From: Verrucomicrobiota bacterium
Lineage (GTDB): Bacteria > Verrucomicrobiota > Verrucomicrobiia > Verrucomicrobiales > Verrucomicrobiaceae
NCBI GenBank assembly: GCA_031411235.1
Contig: JANOAR010000298.1
Coordinates: forward strand, 1 to 51,700
Reading direction: 5' to 3'
Length of the DNA stretch: 51,700 nucleotides
The position numbers and the translations under genes were made by a program. Below are positions 9,469-17,512 of this stretch, piece by piece. Under the pieces are notes generated by a model, which saw only the letters and a list, made by a program, of their open reading frames with translations, did not search any database and had not been told where the DNA came from. Each line of letters opens with the position of its first letter. The first letter of the stretch is position 1.

Positions 9469-10122
9469 ATGCGACCATCCGTTTTCATTACCCTGCCCAC
9501 AGCCGTCGAGTGGTCGCACCGCTTCATCCAGGAAAGGGTGCAGCCCGGCGATTGGGTCGTCGATACCACAGCGGGCAATGGCCACGACACAGCATTCCTC
9601 GCCAACGTGGTGGGCGAGCAGGGACGCGTTTTTGCCTTTGACGTACAGGCAGCGGCGATCGCCGCCACGCAGGCTCGCCTTGCCGTCGCGGGGATGCAGG
9701 AGCGCTGCGAACTCTATCTGGCTGGTCACGAAGCGATGCATGGACTGCTGCCGCCCGAGGCCCGAGGAAAACTCGCCGCCGTGATGATGAATCTAGGCTA
9801 CCTGCCAGGACAAGATAAAGCCTGCATCACCCAAACGACCACCACGCTGCAAGCCCTGAGCACCGCGCTTGATTGGCTGCAACCCGGCGGCATCGCGACC
9901 ATCGTCGTCTATCCCGGCCACACAGGCGGCGACGACGAGGCGAAGCAGGTCATCGCCATGCTCGAAGCGTTGAATTCCGAAGCCTGGGAAGTGCAACAAG
10001 TGCGAGCCGCCAATCGCAGAAGAAAGGCACCCGAGTGCTGGGTGGGGCTTAAAAAACACTGTCAAACCCTGCTTGAAGGAGACGCCATGAAACAGATTGG
10101 CCGCCTAGAAGGCGGCCAATGA
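9469..10122 (+). CDS. Class I SAM-dependent methyltransferase (YtqB/putative rRNA or tRNA methylase family)
   Basis: Rossmann-fold SAM motif (VVDTTAGNGHDTAFLA, FAFDVQ). Length is about 217 aa. Confidence 0.65.
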   Translation: MRPSVFITLPTAVEWSHRFIQERVQPGDWVVDTTAGNGHDTAFLANVVGEQGRVFAFDVQAAAIAATQARLAVAGMQERCELYLAGHEAMHGLLPPEARGKLAAVMMNLGYLPGQDKACITQTTTTLQALSTALDWLQPGGIATIVVYPGHTGGDDEAKQVIAMLEALNSEAWEVQQVRAANRRRKAPECWVGLKKHCQTLLEGDAMKQIGRLEGGQ

Positions 10123-10148
10123 AGCGGTTCATGTTTGATTGCTGCGTC

Positions 10149-10805
10149 CTAGCGTTTGCGGCGCATCAAGAGCCCTAACAAGGCCATCGCCATAAAACTG
10201 GCGCGGGAGGGCTCTGGAGCCGCTGAAACGGCAAATGAAGTTAGCGATGAAGAAGCGGTAGCCCCCCCAAGCGCTGGCGTTGTGTAATATAGATCAATGG
10301 CTGCCCCTGTATCCGAGGGCAAAACGAAAGTCCCATTTGCTCCCGAGGGGCCATCCAGCGTATCAGTGCGGAAATAGCCCACCTGAGCTTGATTGCTGGG
10401 AACCGTAGCTCCCGAACTAGTGATGCCAGGGAACCAGTAGATAGCGATTTTATCGTTAGCATCGACACCGTGAGTTGTGTAGTTCACATTCACAGCATCA
10501 ACAAAACCAATGTCTCCGCTACCGCTCAGGTCGGATGCTAAAATAACGCCAAGAATGCGATCATCGCCGCCGAAAACTTGTCCCACAGATAGGACAAGTC
10601 CGCTTAAAGCGGAGAATGTGCCAGCGGTTGAGCCAGCAAAACCATTGCCTGCGTTATCAACGACTAGAATGCCAACTGTGCCTGTGGCAACCATTGCGCC
10701 ACCTGAAGTTCGTGCCTCACCGATGGCTACATTAAAGGTCGTGGTAGCGGTTACAGAAGATGCAAAAGCAGCGAGGAAAAGGAGAGACTTCGTGACGGAA
10801 TTCAT
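10149..10805 (-). CDS. PEP-CTERM sorting-domain secreted protein
   Basis: The C-terminus reads ...SAAPEPSRASFMAMALLGLLMRRKR (PEP motif, TM helix, basic tail). The N-terminal signal peptide is MNSVTKSLLFLAAFASSVTA, with the start ATG at 10805-10803. Confidence 0.8.
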   Translation of the reverse strand: MNSVTKSLLFLAAFASSVTATTTFNVAIGEARTSGGAMVATGTVGILVVDNAGNGFAGSTAGTFSALSGLVLSVGQVFGGDDRILGVILASDLSGSGDIGFVDAVNVNYTTHGVDANDKIAIYWFPGITSSGATVPSNQAQVGYFRTDTLDGPSGANGTFVLPSDTGAAIDLYYTTPALGGATASSSLTSFAVSAAPEPSRASFMAMALLGLLMRRKR

Positions 10806-10827
10806 AGAAGGAAACTGATGCACTAAG

Positions 10828-11907
10828 TTAGAGGTCATTTTTCCAAACAACAGAGGCAGTTGCGGACTGATATTTGCGAATGATAAATCCAGATGATGGA
10901 GGGATTTCATCATTGTCTGCCACAGGGAAGCCTGTGACAGCCTTACGCCAATTTCCACCGGAGTAGAAGTAGGTTGCAGAAGGGGCTTTGTTCAGTGAGG
11001 CAATAGTATTGTCAAAAACTAACAACTGATCACGGCGAGCTGCGGGGAGAGTCGTGGCACTAGCTACAAAGGCTCCTGTGCTGATAAGGTCGAGATCGAG
11101 CAATTTCACTGGTACTGGGCGACCATGAGTGATAGGATTATCTTGCCCGCCAGAAACTTGAGCACTCAAGACGCTGCTGATACTGGTGGTTTCGACCCCA
11201 CCGACAGGAGTATAGGTTGTTGATGCCACAATGGCACTGCTGCTGTGACGCACGATGAAATAAGAGTCGGGCAAAAGAATCGTGTCATCGGCTGCTGGAA
11301 AACCCGTGACATTCTTTTTCCAACCTGCGGCGAGTAAAAAGTAGCTTTGTGTGGGTGCTAAATTAATTCCTGCTCCAATCACATCAGGAAGTAGGATCAG
11401 AGTGCGACGCGCTGCTGGTAGTGTGCTCGCTGAAACGACGGCTGTGGTCTGTGTTGCAACTGGAAGCAGGGTCGCAAGAGTCCAAAATTTGCAAACACGG
11501 AAAGAGTCGCCTGCAATAGTCGTGGCAACGGTGTCACCAGCGAGATCGATATTCAAAGTGCCCGCAGTATTTGACAGAATCTGATAATACATGCCCGCTT
11601 TGGCGCCGGATGTAATACGAACGTAGTAAAGGCCTGCGAATTGGTTTACAGTCCAACCGGGTGCCGTCGCAGTGGGGGTAATAGTCGCTTGCCCACTGGC
11701 CTCAGTCGGCACTCCAGCAAGCGTGCTCTGGAAGGGTGTCTCGCTGTTGAAGGGAACACTGCAAAATGTGTCTGACTGGGGCAAGCACGTCACGGAATTA
11801 AACCCCACAGGATCGGTCGTTACGGAAGTTTGAGCTTCGGCACTGCCGAGGGCCACAGCAGCCAGCATGGTGACGCTGAGGAGGGTTTTGATGCGGGTGT
11901 GTTTCAT
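10828..11907 (-). CDS. Secreted hypothetical protein with an internal tandem duplication
   Basis: Signal peptide (MKHTRIKTLLSVTMLAAVALGSAEAQ). Two homologous ~60-aa segments (LPAARRTLILLPDVIGAGINLAPTQSYFLLAAGWKKNVTGFPAADD... and LPAARRDQLLVFDNTIASLNKAPSATYFYSGGNWRKAVTGFPVADN...). Confidence 0.6.
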   Translation of the reverse strand: MKHTRIKTLLSVTMLAAVALGSAEAQTSVTTDPVGFNSVTCLPQSDTFCSVPFNSETPFQSTLAGVPTEASGQATITPTATAPGWTVNQFAGLYYVRITSGAKAGMYYQILSNTAGTLNIDLAGDTVATTIAGDSFRVCKFWTLATLLPVATQTTAVVSASTLPAARRTLILLPDVIGAGINLAPTQSYFLLAAGWKKNVTGFPAADDTILLPDSYFIVRHSSSAIVASTTYTPVGGVETTSISSVLSAQVSGGQDNPITHGRPVPVKLLDLDLISTGAFVASATTLPAARRDQLLVFDNTIASLNKAPSATYFYSGGNWRKAVTGFPVADNDEIPPSSGFIIRKYQSATASVVWKNDL

Positions 11908-12194
11908 GGTGGTGATCGTTGGGTTCTACGGTGTTTAACCCTAAAGCGGGCGGCAAGTTACAAGATTTTGGCGTTTTTGTCGATGATTAACCTGTTTTTG
12001 ATACTTATTCAGGGGCGGTTTTAGGGCGGGAATTCATGCTTTTTTGCCTCTCAAATGACAGTTATGTGCCATATCGTTTGGCTTCTGCTGGGGCATGGAG
12101 GATTGAGCGTGGGGGGCAGTACGATGGCTCACGGGGGATGTTTTTTTGCGAGGATGGTGTTTGGGTTGTGGCGGATCACCGTCGCTATTTTTCT

Positions 12195-13226
12195 ATGAAA
12201 TCATGTCCTCTGCGCACTTCTGTCATCGGCAGCTACCCATTTCCGGGATGGCTGGAGTTTGCTTCGCAGCATTTGGAAGAATTTGGCCGGGAGGATGTGC
12301 GGGAGTTGCAGGATGATGCGGCGACGGTGGCGATTGCGGATCAGTTGGCGGCGGGGCTGGATGTGATCACGGATGGGGAGCAGACACGGCTGGATTTTAA
12401 TTTGTCGTTTTACGGCCATCTGGAAGGGATCGCGCTGGAGCCTGCGAGTCCGCGACGGTTTGGCCCGCCTGCGCATGATCAGCGGGGGAAACACGCGATC
12501 ACGGGGGAGCTACATGCGACGCGGGGGTTGGGGGTGGTGGCGGAGTACTTGCGGCTAAAGCGACTGGCGGGAGCGAGTGGGGCGACGCTGAAGGCGTCGG
12601 TGCCGGGGCCTTATACGCTGAGTGGGCGGCTGCTGCCGGGTGGGGCGTATGCGGATCGCTGGGCGGTGGCGGAGGCGCTGCTACCGGTGGTGCGGCAGGA
12701 GATTGTGGAACTGGTGGCGGCGGGCTGCGAGGAGGTGTGTGTGGATGAGCCGAGCATGAGCTGCTATGGCTACAAAGAGGATGTGGGGCGGTTTGTGGAG
12801 ATGTTTAACCGGACGGTGGAGGGGGGCTGGGGGCGGACGCGGGTGTGTACGCATTTATGCTTTGGCAATTACAAGGGGCACCCGGTGGGCTGGCGTCGTT
12901 ATGCACCTCTGTTTCCAGCTTTCCTAGAGCTGCACTGCGACGAGGTGCATGTAGAGATGGCGAACCGCGAGTATGCGGAGCTGGAGGTGATCGGGCCGAT
13001 GGCGGAGCGCTACGATGTGGCGGTGGGGATCATCGACGTGAAGAGCTACTACATCGAATCGGTGGCGAATGTGATGGAGGCGGTGCGGGCGTGCCTGCGA
13101 TTCGCGCCTGCGGAGCGGCTGGTGTTTGCGCCGGATTGTGGGCTAAGCCAGACGGCTCGCTGGGCGGCGAAGCAGAAGCTGGCGAATATGGTGGAGGGGG
13201 TGAGGCGGGTGCGGGTTGCGCTTTGA
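12195..13226 (+). CDS. Cobalamin-independent methionine synthase (MetE) C-terminal-domain homologue, Zn-dependent methyltransferase of about 344 aa
   Basis: MetE-family motifs (SVIGSYPFPGW, VITDGEQTRLDF). Zn ligands HLCFGN and APDCGLS are present. The ATG at 12195 is preferred; the ORF track extends upstream to 12036. Confidence 0.8.
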   Translation: MKSCPLRTSVIGSYPFPGWLEFASQHLEEFGREDVRELQDDAATVAIADQLAAGLDVITDGEQTRLDFNLSFYGHLEGIALEPASPRRFGPPAHDQRGKHAITGELHATRGLGVVAEYLRLKRLAGASGATLKASVPGPYTLSGRLLPGGAYADRWAVAEALLPVVRQEIVELVAAGCEEVCVDEPSMSCYGYKEDVGRFVEMFNRTVEGGWGRTRVCTHLCFGNYKGHPVGWRRYAPLFPAFLELHCDEVHVEMANREYAELEVIGPMAERYDVAVGIIDVKSYYIESVANVMEAVRACLRFAPAERLVFAPDCGLSQTARWAAKQKLANMVEGVRRVRVAL

Positions 13227-13257
13227 TAAACCTGTGTCTGCGAGCTTGCGGGCGGGA

Positions 13258-15615
13258 CTACTCGAAGAGCTTGTGGATGAGTCTGCCGATGCGGCTGCGG
13301 TGGATGGTTTGTTTGTCGGGGTCGGGGTCGCTTTTTTCTTGGTTCATGAAGCGACGTGCATCGGCCCCGAGGGCAGTGGAGCCAGCGGAGTCCATGTAGG
13401 CTGGGGGGAGGTCGCCGTCGCCACTGACGATGCGGGGCTGGATGAAGATGAGGAGTTCGGTGCGATCTTTGGTGGTTTTGCTGGAGCCGGCGATGTATTT
13501 GATGATGGGGATATGGCGAAGAATGGGGATGCCGCCTTTTTGTTTGTCGAGGCCTTCGGTGATGATGCCGCCAAGGACGACGGTGGAGAGGTTTTTGATC
13601 ATGACGGTGGTGTCGAGTCGCTGCTGGCTGATGTTAGAGATGTCGTTGCCATTGATGCGGGTGGTGCCGGCTTGGTTAGCATTGGTTTGCTTGACTTCGA
13701 GGGTGAGTTCGTCGGTGCCGTTGATGTGGGGGGTGACTTCGAGGGAGAGATTGACGTCTTGGTAGCTGACGCCTCCGGATGAGAAGCCGTTACTGCCGGT
13801 GCCATCGACTCCTGTGCCATTGCCGATGCCGGTGCCGATGCCATTGCCGCCGTAGCCTGGGGTGGGAATGGGGATTTTAACGCCGCTCTCGATGACGGCG
13901 GGCATGTTGTTAAGGGTGTAAAGGATGGGGCGGGAGAGGAGCTTGAAGTCGGTGTTGGTCGAGAGAGCACTGACGGCGACACTGACTTGGTCGTTGAGGG
14001 TGCCAAAGAGAGCGAGGCCGGTACCGATGCCAGTGCCGCTGAGGAGCTTGTCGGGGGTGATGGCAGCGGCGTTGAGGAAGGTGTTGTTGGAGCCGACGCG
14101 AGAGCCTGCGGTGCCAGCAATGGTTCCCTGCTTGCCGAACTGGGTGGGGCGGAAGAGGTAGTCGATGCCGACGTCACGTTTGTCGCCGAGGGTGAGCTGG
14201 CCAATGACGACGTTGAGGACGACGGACAGGGGGCGTTTGTCGATTTCGTCGAGCAGTTCATTGAGAATGCGCAATTGCTCAGGGGGGCCGGAGGCGAAAA
14301 TTTCGTTGGCTACGGGAATGGCGATGAGAAGTGTCTTGCCGATGACGAGGGATTGAGGCTTGGATTTCTCGGCGAGGGCTGCAAGGCCACCACTGCCGCC
14401 GCTGCTCCCGAAGCTACCGCCAAAGCCGCTACCGCTACCGCCACCACCGCTGCCGCCTAAACCGCCGCTATTGTTACCAAAGGAACTGTTGCTGCCAAAG
14501 CTGGAATTGCGGTTGTTGTTGTTGTTGCCGGTGGCTGTGCCACCAGCAAGGCTGCCGGGCTGGCTTGTGCCTGCACCGCTACTACCGGTGCCTTCGTCCA
14601 TGCCTCGGGTGATGGCATCTTGGATGATCGGTAGGACTTCGGTGGCGTTGAGATAAATAAGTTTGCGCGTGGTGAAGGTGCGAATGACGGCGGCGCTGTC
14701 GAGTTCCTCAATGAGCTTTTCGATTTTGACTAAATCAAAGGGGGTGGCGATGACGAGGAGGCAGTTTTTGCGCTTGATGGGAATGATTTTTGGTGGCGTA
14801 GCGGTGGCCTGGGGGGCGGCTCCATAGACGGCGGGGGAAGCCGCGCGGGCGGTAGCTTGGGCGGGTTGGCCGGGCTGGGGTGGGGCGGCGGGAGGGGTGG
14901 CGGGGTTGTAGTTGGTCTTGCTGGTGCCGGAGCCGCCGGATTTGCCTTTGCCTTCGAGATCAAGGATTTCGGCGAGGGCTTCAGCGACTTCTTCGGCGTC
15001 GGCACGCTCGAGTTGGAAGGTGCGCTGATCGGTTTTGGAGGGCTCGACATCGAGGCTGGTGAGCAACGCAACGATGTAGCGGATGGTGTTGCTGTTTTCG
15101 GTGATGATGATGCCTTTGGAATTGGGCAGGGGGGAGATGATCTGGTACGGATGGGCCTGGGGGATGAGTTCGCCGAGGGACTTGCGCAGGTCTTCAGCAT
15201 CAATCCAAACCAGGGGCTGGATGAAGGTAACGATGCGCTCGTCCTGGGGGAGCTTGGTGATGTCGGTATAGATGTTTTCGGGGGTCATCTCGCCGGAGGG
15301 TTTGATGGCTCCGACGTTGAGGAATTTGACCGTATACTCATCGACGGGGATGAAGGCGTAACCGTTGAGCAGGAGGCTGCGCTCGACGTATTCGATGGCC
15401 TTGGAGCGGGGGAGCTGGCCTGTGGTGTCGATGGTGATGGTGACTTGCTCGACGTTGATGTCGCGGATGATTTTTTTGCCCGTTTCATCTTCATACCAGA
15501 GGAGAATGTCGGGCAGAGGGGACTGGGGGAACTGGACGCCGATGAGTTCGTTGGGATCCTTGGGGGAGCCGGAGGAAGGATCAACGGCAGGGGCTGGCTG
15601 CACGGGTGGGGTCAT
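13258..15615 (-). CDS. pilQ: Secretin (type IV pilus PilQ / type II secretion GspD family) with an internal Gly/Ser/Asn-rich low-complexity insert; the annotated N-terminus lacks a signal peptide
   Basis: C-terminal secretin domain (TDFKLLSRPILYTLNNMPAVIESG, VVLGGIITEGLDKQKGGIPILRHIPIIKYI). N0-like start IGVQFPQSPLPDILLWYEDETGKKII. Gene order N-O-P-Q upstream. See the finding on the upstream ORF and the C11 tract. Confidence 0.85.
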   Translation of the reverse strand: MTPPVQPAPAVDPSSGSPKDPNELIGVQFPQSPLPDILLWYEDETGKKIIRDINVEQVTITIDTTGQLPRSKAIEYVERSLLLNGYAFIPVDEYTVKFLNVGAIKPSGEMTPENIYTDITKLPQDERIVTFIQPLVWIDAEDLRKSLGELIPQAHPYQIISPLPNSKGIIITENSNTIRYIVALLTSLDVEPSKTDQRTFQLERADAEEVAEALAEILDLEGKGKSGGSGTSKTNYNPATPPAAPPQPGQPAQATARAASPAVYGAAPQATATPPKIIPIKRKNCLLVIATPFDLVKIEKLIEELDSAAVIRTFTTRKLIYLNATEVLPIIQDAITRGMDEGTGSSGAGTSQPGSLAGGTATGNNNNNRNSSFGSNSSFGNNSGGLGGSGGGGSGSGFGGSFGSSGGSGGLAALAEKSKPQSLVIGKTLLIAIPVANEIFASGPPEQLRILNELLDEIDKRPLSVVLNVVIGQLTLGDKRDVGIDYLFRPTQFGKQGTIAGTAGSRVGSNNTFLNAAAITPDKLLSGTGIGTGLALFGTLNDQVSVAVSALSTNTDFKLLSRPILYTLNNMPAVIESGVKIPIPTPGYGGNGIGTGIGNGTGVDGTGSNGFSSGGVSYQDVNLSLEVTPHINGTDELTLEVKQTNANQAGTTRINGNDISNISQQRLDTTVMIKNLSTVVLGGIITEGLDKQKGGIPILRHIPIIKYIAGSSKTTKDRTELLIFIQPRIVSGDGDLPPAYMDSAGSTALGADARRFMNQEKSDPDPDKQTIHRSRIGRLIHKLFE

Positions 15616-16067
15616 TGCAGCGGCAGGTTGTGCGACGGGAGCACTGGCGGTGGGCGTGCCAGGGGAGGTGGGGGGGGGGGAGTGGTGCCTGCGCGGCTGA
15701 TTCCGGGACGGCCTAGTTTGGGCTTGGGTAGCTGGGTGGCGGGGCTGCCGCCAGGAGGGGTAAGGGAACGCACACCCGTGGGGCTGGGTATGGGGGTGAA
15801 GGGTGGGGCGGCGTTGGGATTGACGACGCTGTCGGGCGGTGTGGGAGCGGGAGCGGTCGGGTTGGTCGGTATCTGGGCGAGGGTGAAGCCACGACGGCTG
15901 GCGCGGCTGGGCGCGGCGTCCGGGTTTTGGGTGGGGATTTGGCCGAACACGCTGAGGCTACTGGCAATGAGAAGGGCTAGCAGGAAAGGATGAAGGCGGA
16001 GGCTGCCGCTTCTATGAACCAATGCCGAGGGGCTAGGAATAGAGGCGTGTGCGTGTGGACTTTTCAT
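15612..16067 (-). CDS. Pro-rich ORF carrying a signal peptide; probably the displaced N-terminus of the secretin
   Basis: MKSPHAHASIPSPSALVHRSGSLRLHPFLLALLIASSLSVFGQ is signal-peptide-like and is followed by a Pro-rich linker. The ORF ends 4 nt into the secretin gene (ATGA overlap). The secretin reading frame stays open upstream through the poly-C tract. Confidence 0.5.
   Translation of the reverse strand: MKSPHAHASIPSPSALVHRSGSLRLHPFLLALLIASSLSVFGQIPTQNPDAAPSRASRRGFTLAQIPTNPTAPAPTPPDSVVNPNAAPPFTPIPSPTGVRSLTPPGGSPATQLPKPKLGRPGISRAGTTPPPPPPLARPPPVLPSHNLPLQ
15670..15680. repeat. Homopolymeric G11 run on the plus strand (C11 on the coding minus strand) inside the pilQ-upstream ORF
   Basis: Direct reading of ggtggggggggggagtgg at 15667-15684. 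On the minus strand this encodes the poly-Pro stretch. Adding one nucleotide would fuse the upstream ORF to the secretin in frame. Confidence 0.9.
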
Positions 16068-16092
16068 AATCTTGGAAAGGGTGATCGGGCGG

Positions 16093-16956
16093 CTACTGGA
16101 CGGGGACGGGGACGGTGCCGTCGGCGGTGGGCGGGATGGGCTGCGGAATGAGGACGCGACGACGCTGCACGGGGGTGGCTGGGGCACCTTGGATGTTGGA
16201 GATGCCGGGGGCTGGGGTGCGGGCGGTGGGGCCGCCGCGATTGAAGGCGCTGCCGTTGTTCATGGGTATGCCACCGGGGCCTGTGAGCTGCTGCTGCCGC
16301 TGCTGGGCGAGAGCGGCTTGTTGCTGCTGTGCAGTGCCGGGGGCTCCGGGGGCCATGCCCGGGACGGCGGCGGTGCGGGGTTGGCCAGGGTAATTTCCTG
16401 GGATGCCGGGCTGGCCGGGAGCGCGGGCTCCTGTGGCGGCGGGGGCACCTCCGCCTGCGGGGATTTCGGCAAATTTGAGATCGGCCTCTTCGCTGCCTTT
16501 GGCGATTTTGGCGACGACGAGCTTGCGGTCACGATTGGCGCTTACATTGACGATGCGGAAGCCTTCGGCATCGGGCTTCTCGGTGAGCTTGCGGGATTCG
16601 TTGGTTTTGTTGTTGCGGATGCGGACGGCGAAGACGGCTCCGGCACTGGTGACGCTGGAGAGGTTCCAGTCATCAGCGAAGGAGGCGGGGGGGTGGGGTG
16701 GGGTGGTGGTTTTGGTTTGGAAAGGGTTCCTGCTCCAAGTGGTAGCGTAGCGGCTCTCGGGGTAGGGCTCTGGGACGGCTAGGGCTTGGTCGGTGGGGGC
16801 GGGCGGCTCGGGAGTAACGGGCGGCTGGGTCTCGGTGACGGGTGGAGGTGGTGCCTCGGGCTCGGAGGGCTCTTGGGCAAAAAGGGGCATGACCACGATG
16901 CCTAGAGCGAGGAGCAGGCTCTGGGTTCTCAGATAATGATGAGGGGTGGTGGTCAT
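16093..16956 (-). CDS. PilP-like pilus assembly protein (Pro-rich, Gln-rich C-terminus)
   Basis: Position between the PilO-like gene and the secretin. N-terminal hydrophobic segment, conserved-looking WSRNPFQ motif, and a beta-rich core (AVFAVRIRNNKTNESRKLTEKPDAEGFRIVNV). Confidence 0.55.
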   Translation of the reverse strand: MTTTPHHYLRTQSLLLALGIVVMPLFAQEPSEPEAPPPPVTETQPPVTPEPPAPTDQALAVPEPYPESRYATTWSRNPFQTKTTTPPHPPASFADDWNLSSVTSAGAVFAVRIRNNKTNESRKLTEKPDAEGFRIVNVSANRDRKLVVAKIAKGSEEADLKFAEIPAGGGAPAATGARAPGQPGIPGNYPGQPRTAAVPGMAPGAPGTAQQQQAALAQQRQQQLTGPGGIPMNNGSAFNRGGPTARTPAPGISNIQGAPATPVQRRRVLIPQPIPPTADGTVPVPVQ

Positions 16957-16969
16957 GACGGACGGAGAG

Positions 16970-17506
16970 TTAGGGAGCCGCGTTGCGATACCATTTTTGG
17001 ATGCGCAGGTTGGTCACTTCGACCTGAGCGGGGTCTTCGGGATCGGGGGCAAGGGCGAGGCCTTTGATGGTAATAAAGGCGTCGGGCTGCTGGAGGCCGT
17101 GGAGCCAGCGAAGCATTTTTTCCAAGGGGCCTTTGGCGCTGATGAGCATACTGGCGGAAGTGGAATCGGCGATGTCGAGGCGCTCGGGTTCCTCGGCCTG
17201 GGGGGTGACGATGGTGATGCCGTTATCCCTGGCGGTGTTGCGGATGAGTTCGTCGATGGCGTTGTCGGCGTCGGCGCGCTTGGCGGGATAGACGGGCTGC
17301 TTGGCGGCGAGCCACTCGGAGCGGGTTTTCCAGAAGTCCTTTTGGCTGAGGAGGGCTGTGGCTTCGGCTTTTTTGCTGACCAAGACGATCTCACGAGCAG
17401 CGATGGAGCTTTTCCACTGGCTCATGCGCTTGAACACGAGCCATCCGCCGCCGATGAGGATGACGCTGATGAGCAGGATGGCGAGGCGTTGTTCGCGGGC
17501 GTTCAT
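16970..17506 (-). CDS. PilO-like type IV pilus biogenesis protein (bitopic)
   Basis: N-terminal TM (LAILLISVILIGGGWLVF), a coiled-coil region and a C-terminal periplasmic domain. Its size and position are in the correct order for PilO. Confidence 0.6.
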   Translation of the reverse strand: MNAREQRLAILLISVILIGGGWLVFKRMSQWKSSIAAREIVLVSKKAEATALLSQKDFWKTRSEWLAAKQPVYPAKRADADNAIDELIRNTARDNGITIVTPQAEEPERLDIADSTSASMLISAKGPLEKMLRWLHGLQQPDAFITIKGLALAPDPEDPAQVEVTNLRIQKWYRNAAP

Positions 17507-17512
17507 GGGCTT

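Noticed and set aside
12036-12194. N-terminal extensions given by the ORF track (for example metE-like from 12036, pilN-like from 18898, lipoprotein from 30103, kinase from 22192)
   Set aside because: These extensions begin at GTG or TTG and add composition-atypical residues. Internal ATGs coincide with signal peptides or the conserved family N-termini (MKSCPLRTSVIGSYP, MKTLPL lipobox, MKPKILIVEDD), so the shorter models were preferred.
11908-12194. Cobalamin or SAM riboswitch upstream of the metE-like gene
   Set aside because: I could not find a B12-box (…AGYCMGGAAGRCCKGCC…-like) or the SAM-I conserved core by eye. It is kept only as a low-interest hypothesis that needs a covariance-model scan.
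14857-15993. 378-aa plus-strand ORF over the secretin 5' region and the upstream ORF
   Set aside because: Its translation is Gly-rich and repetitive, the mirror image of the Pro/Ser-rich coding strand. The minus-strand secretin has clear family motifs.
15612-16067. Treating the 151-aa Pro-rich ORF as an independent PilP-like or pilotin gene
   Set aside because: This remains possible, but the secretin downstream lacks any signal peptide and its frame is open through the homopolymer. A split gene is the more parsimonious reading, and the ORF is reported as a feature with that caveat.
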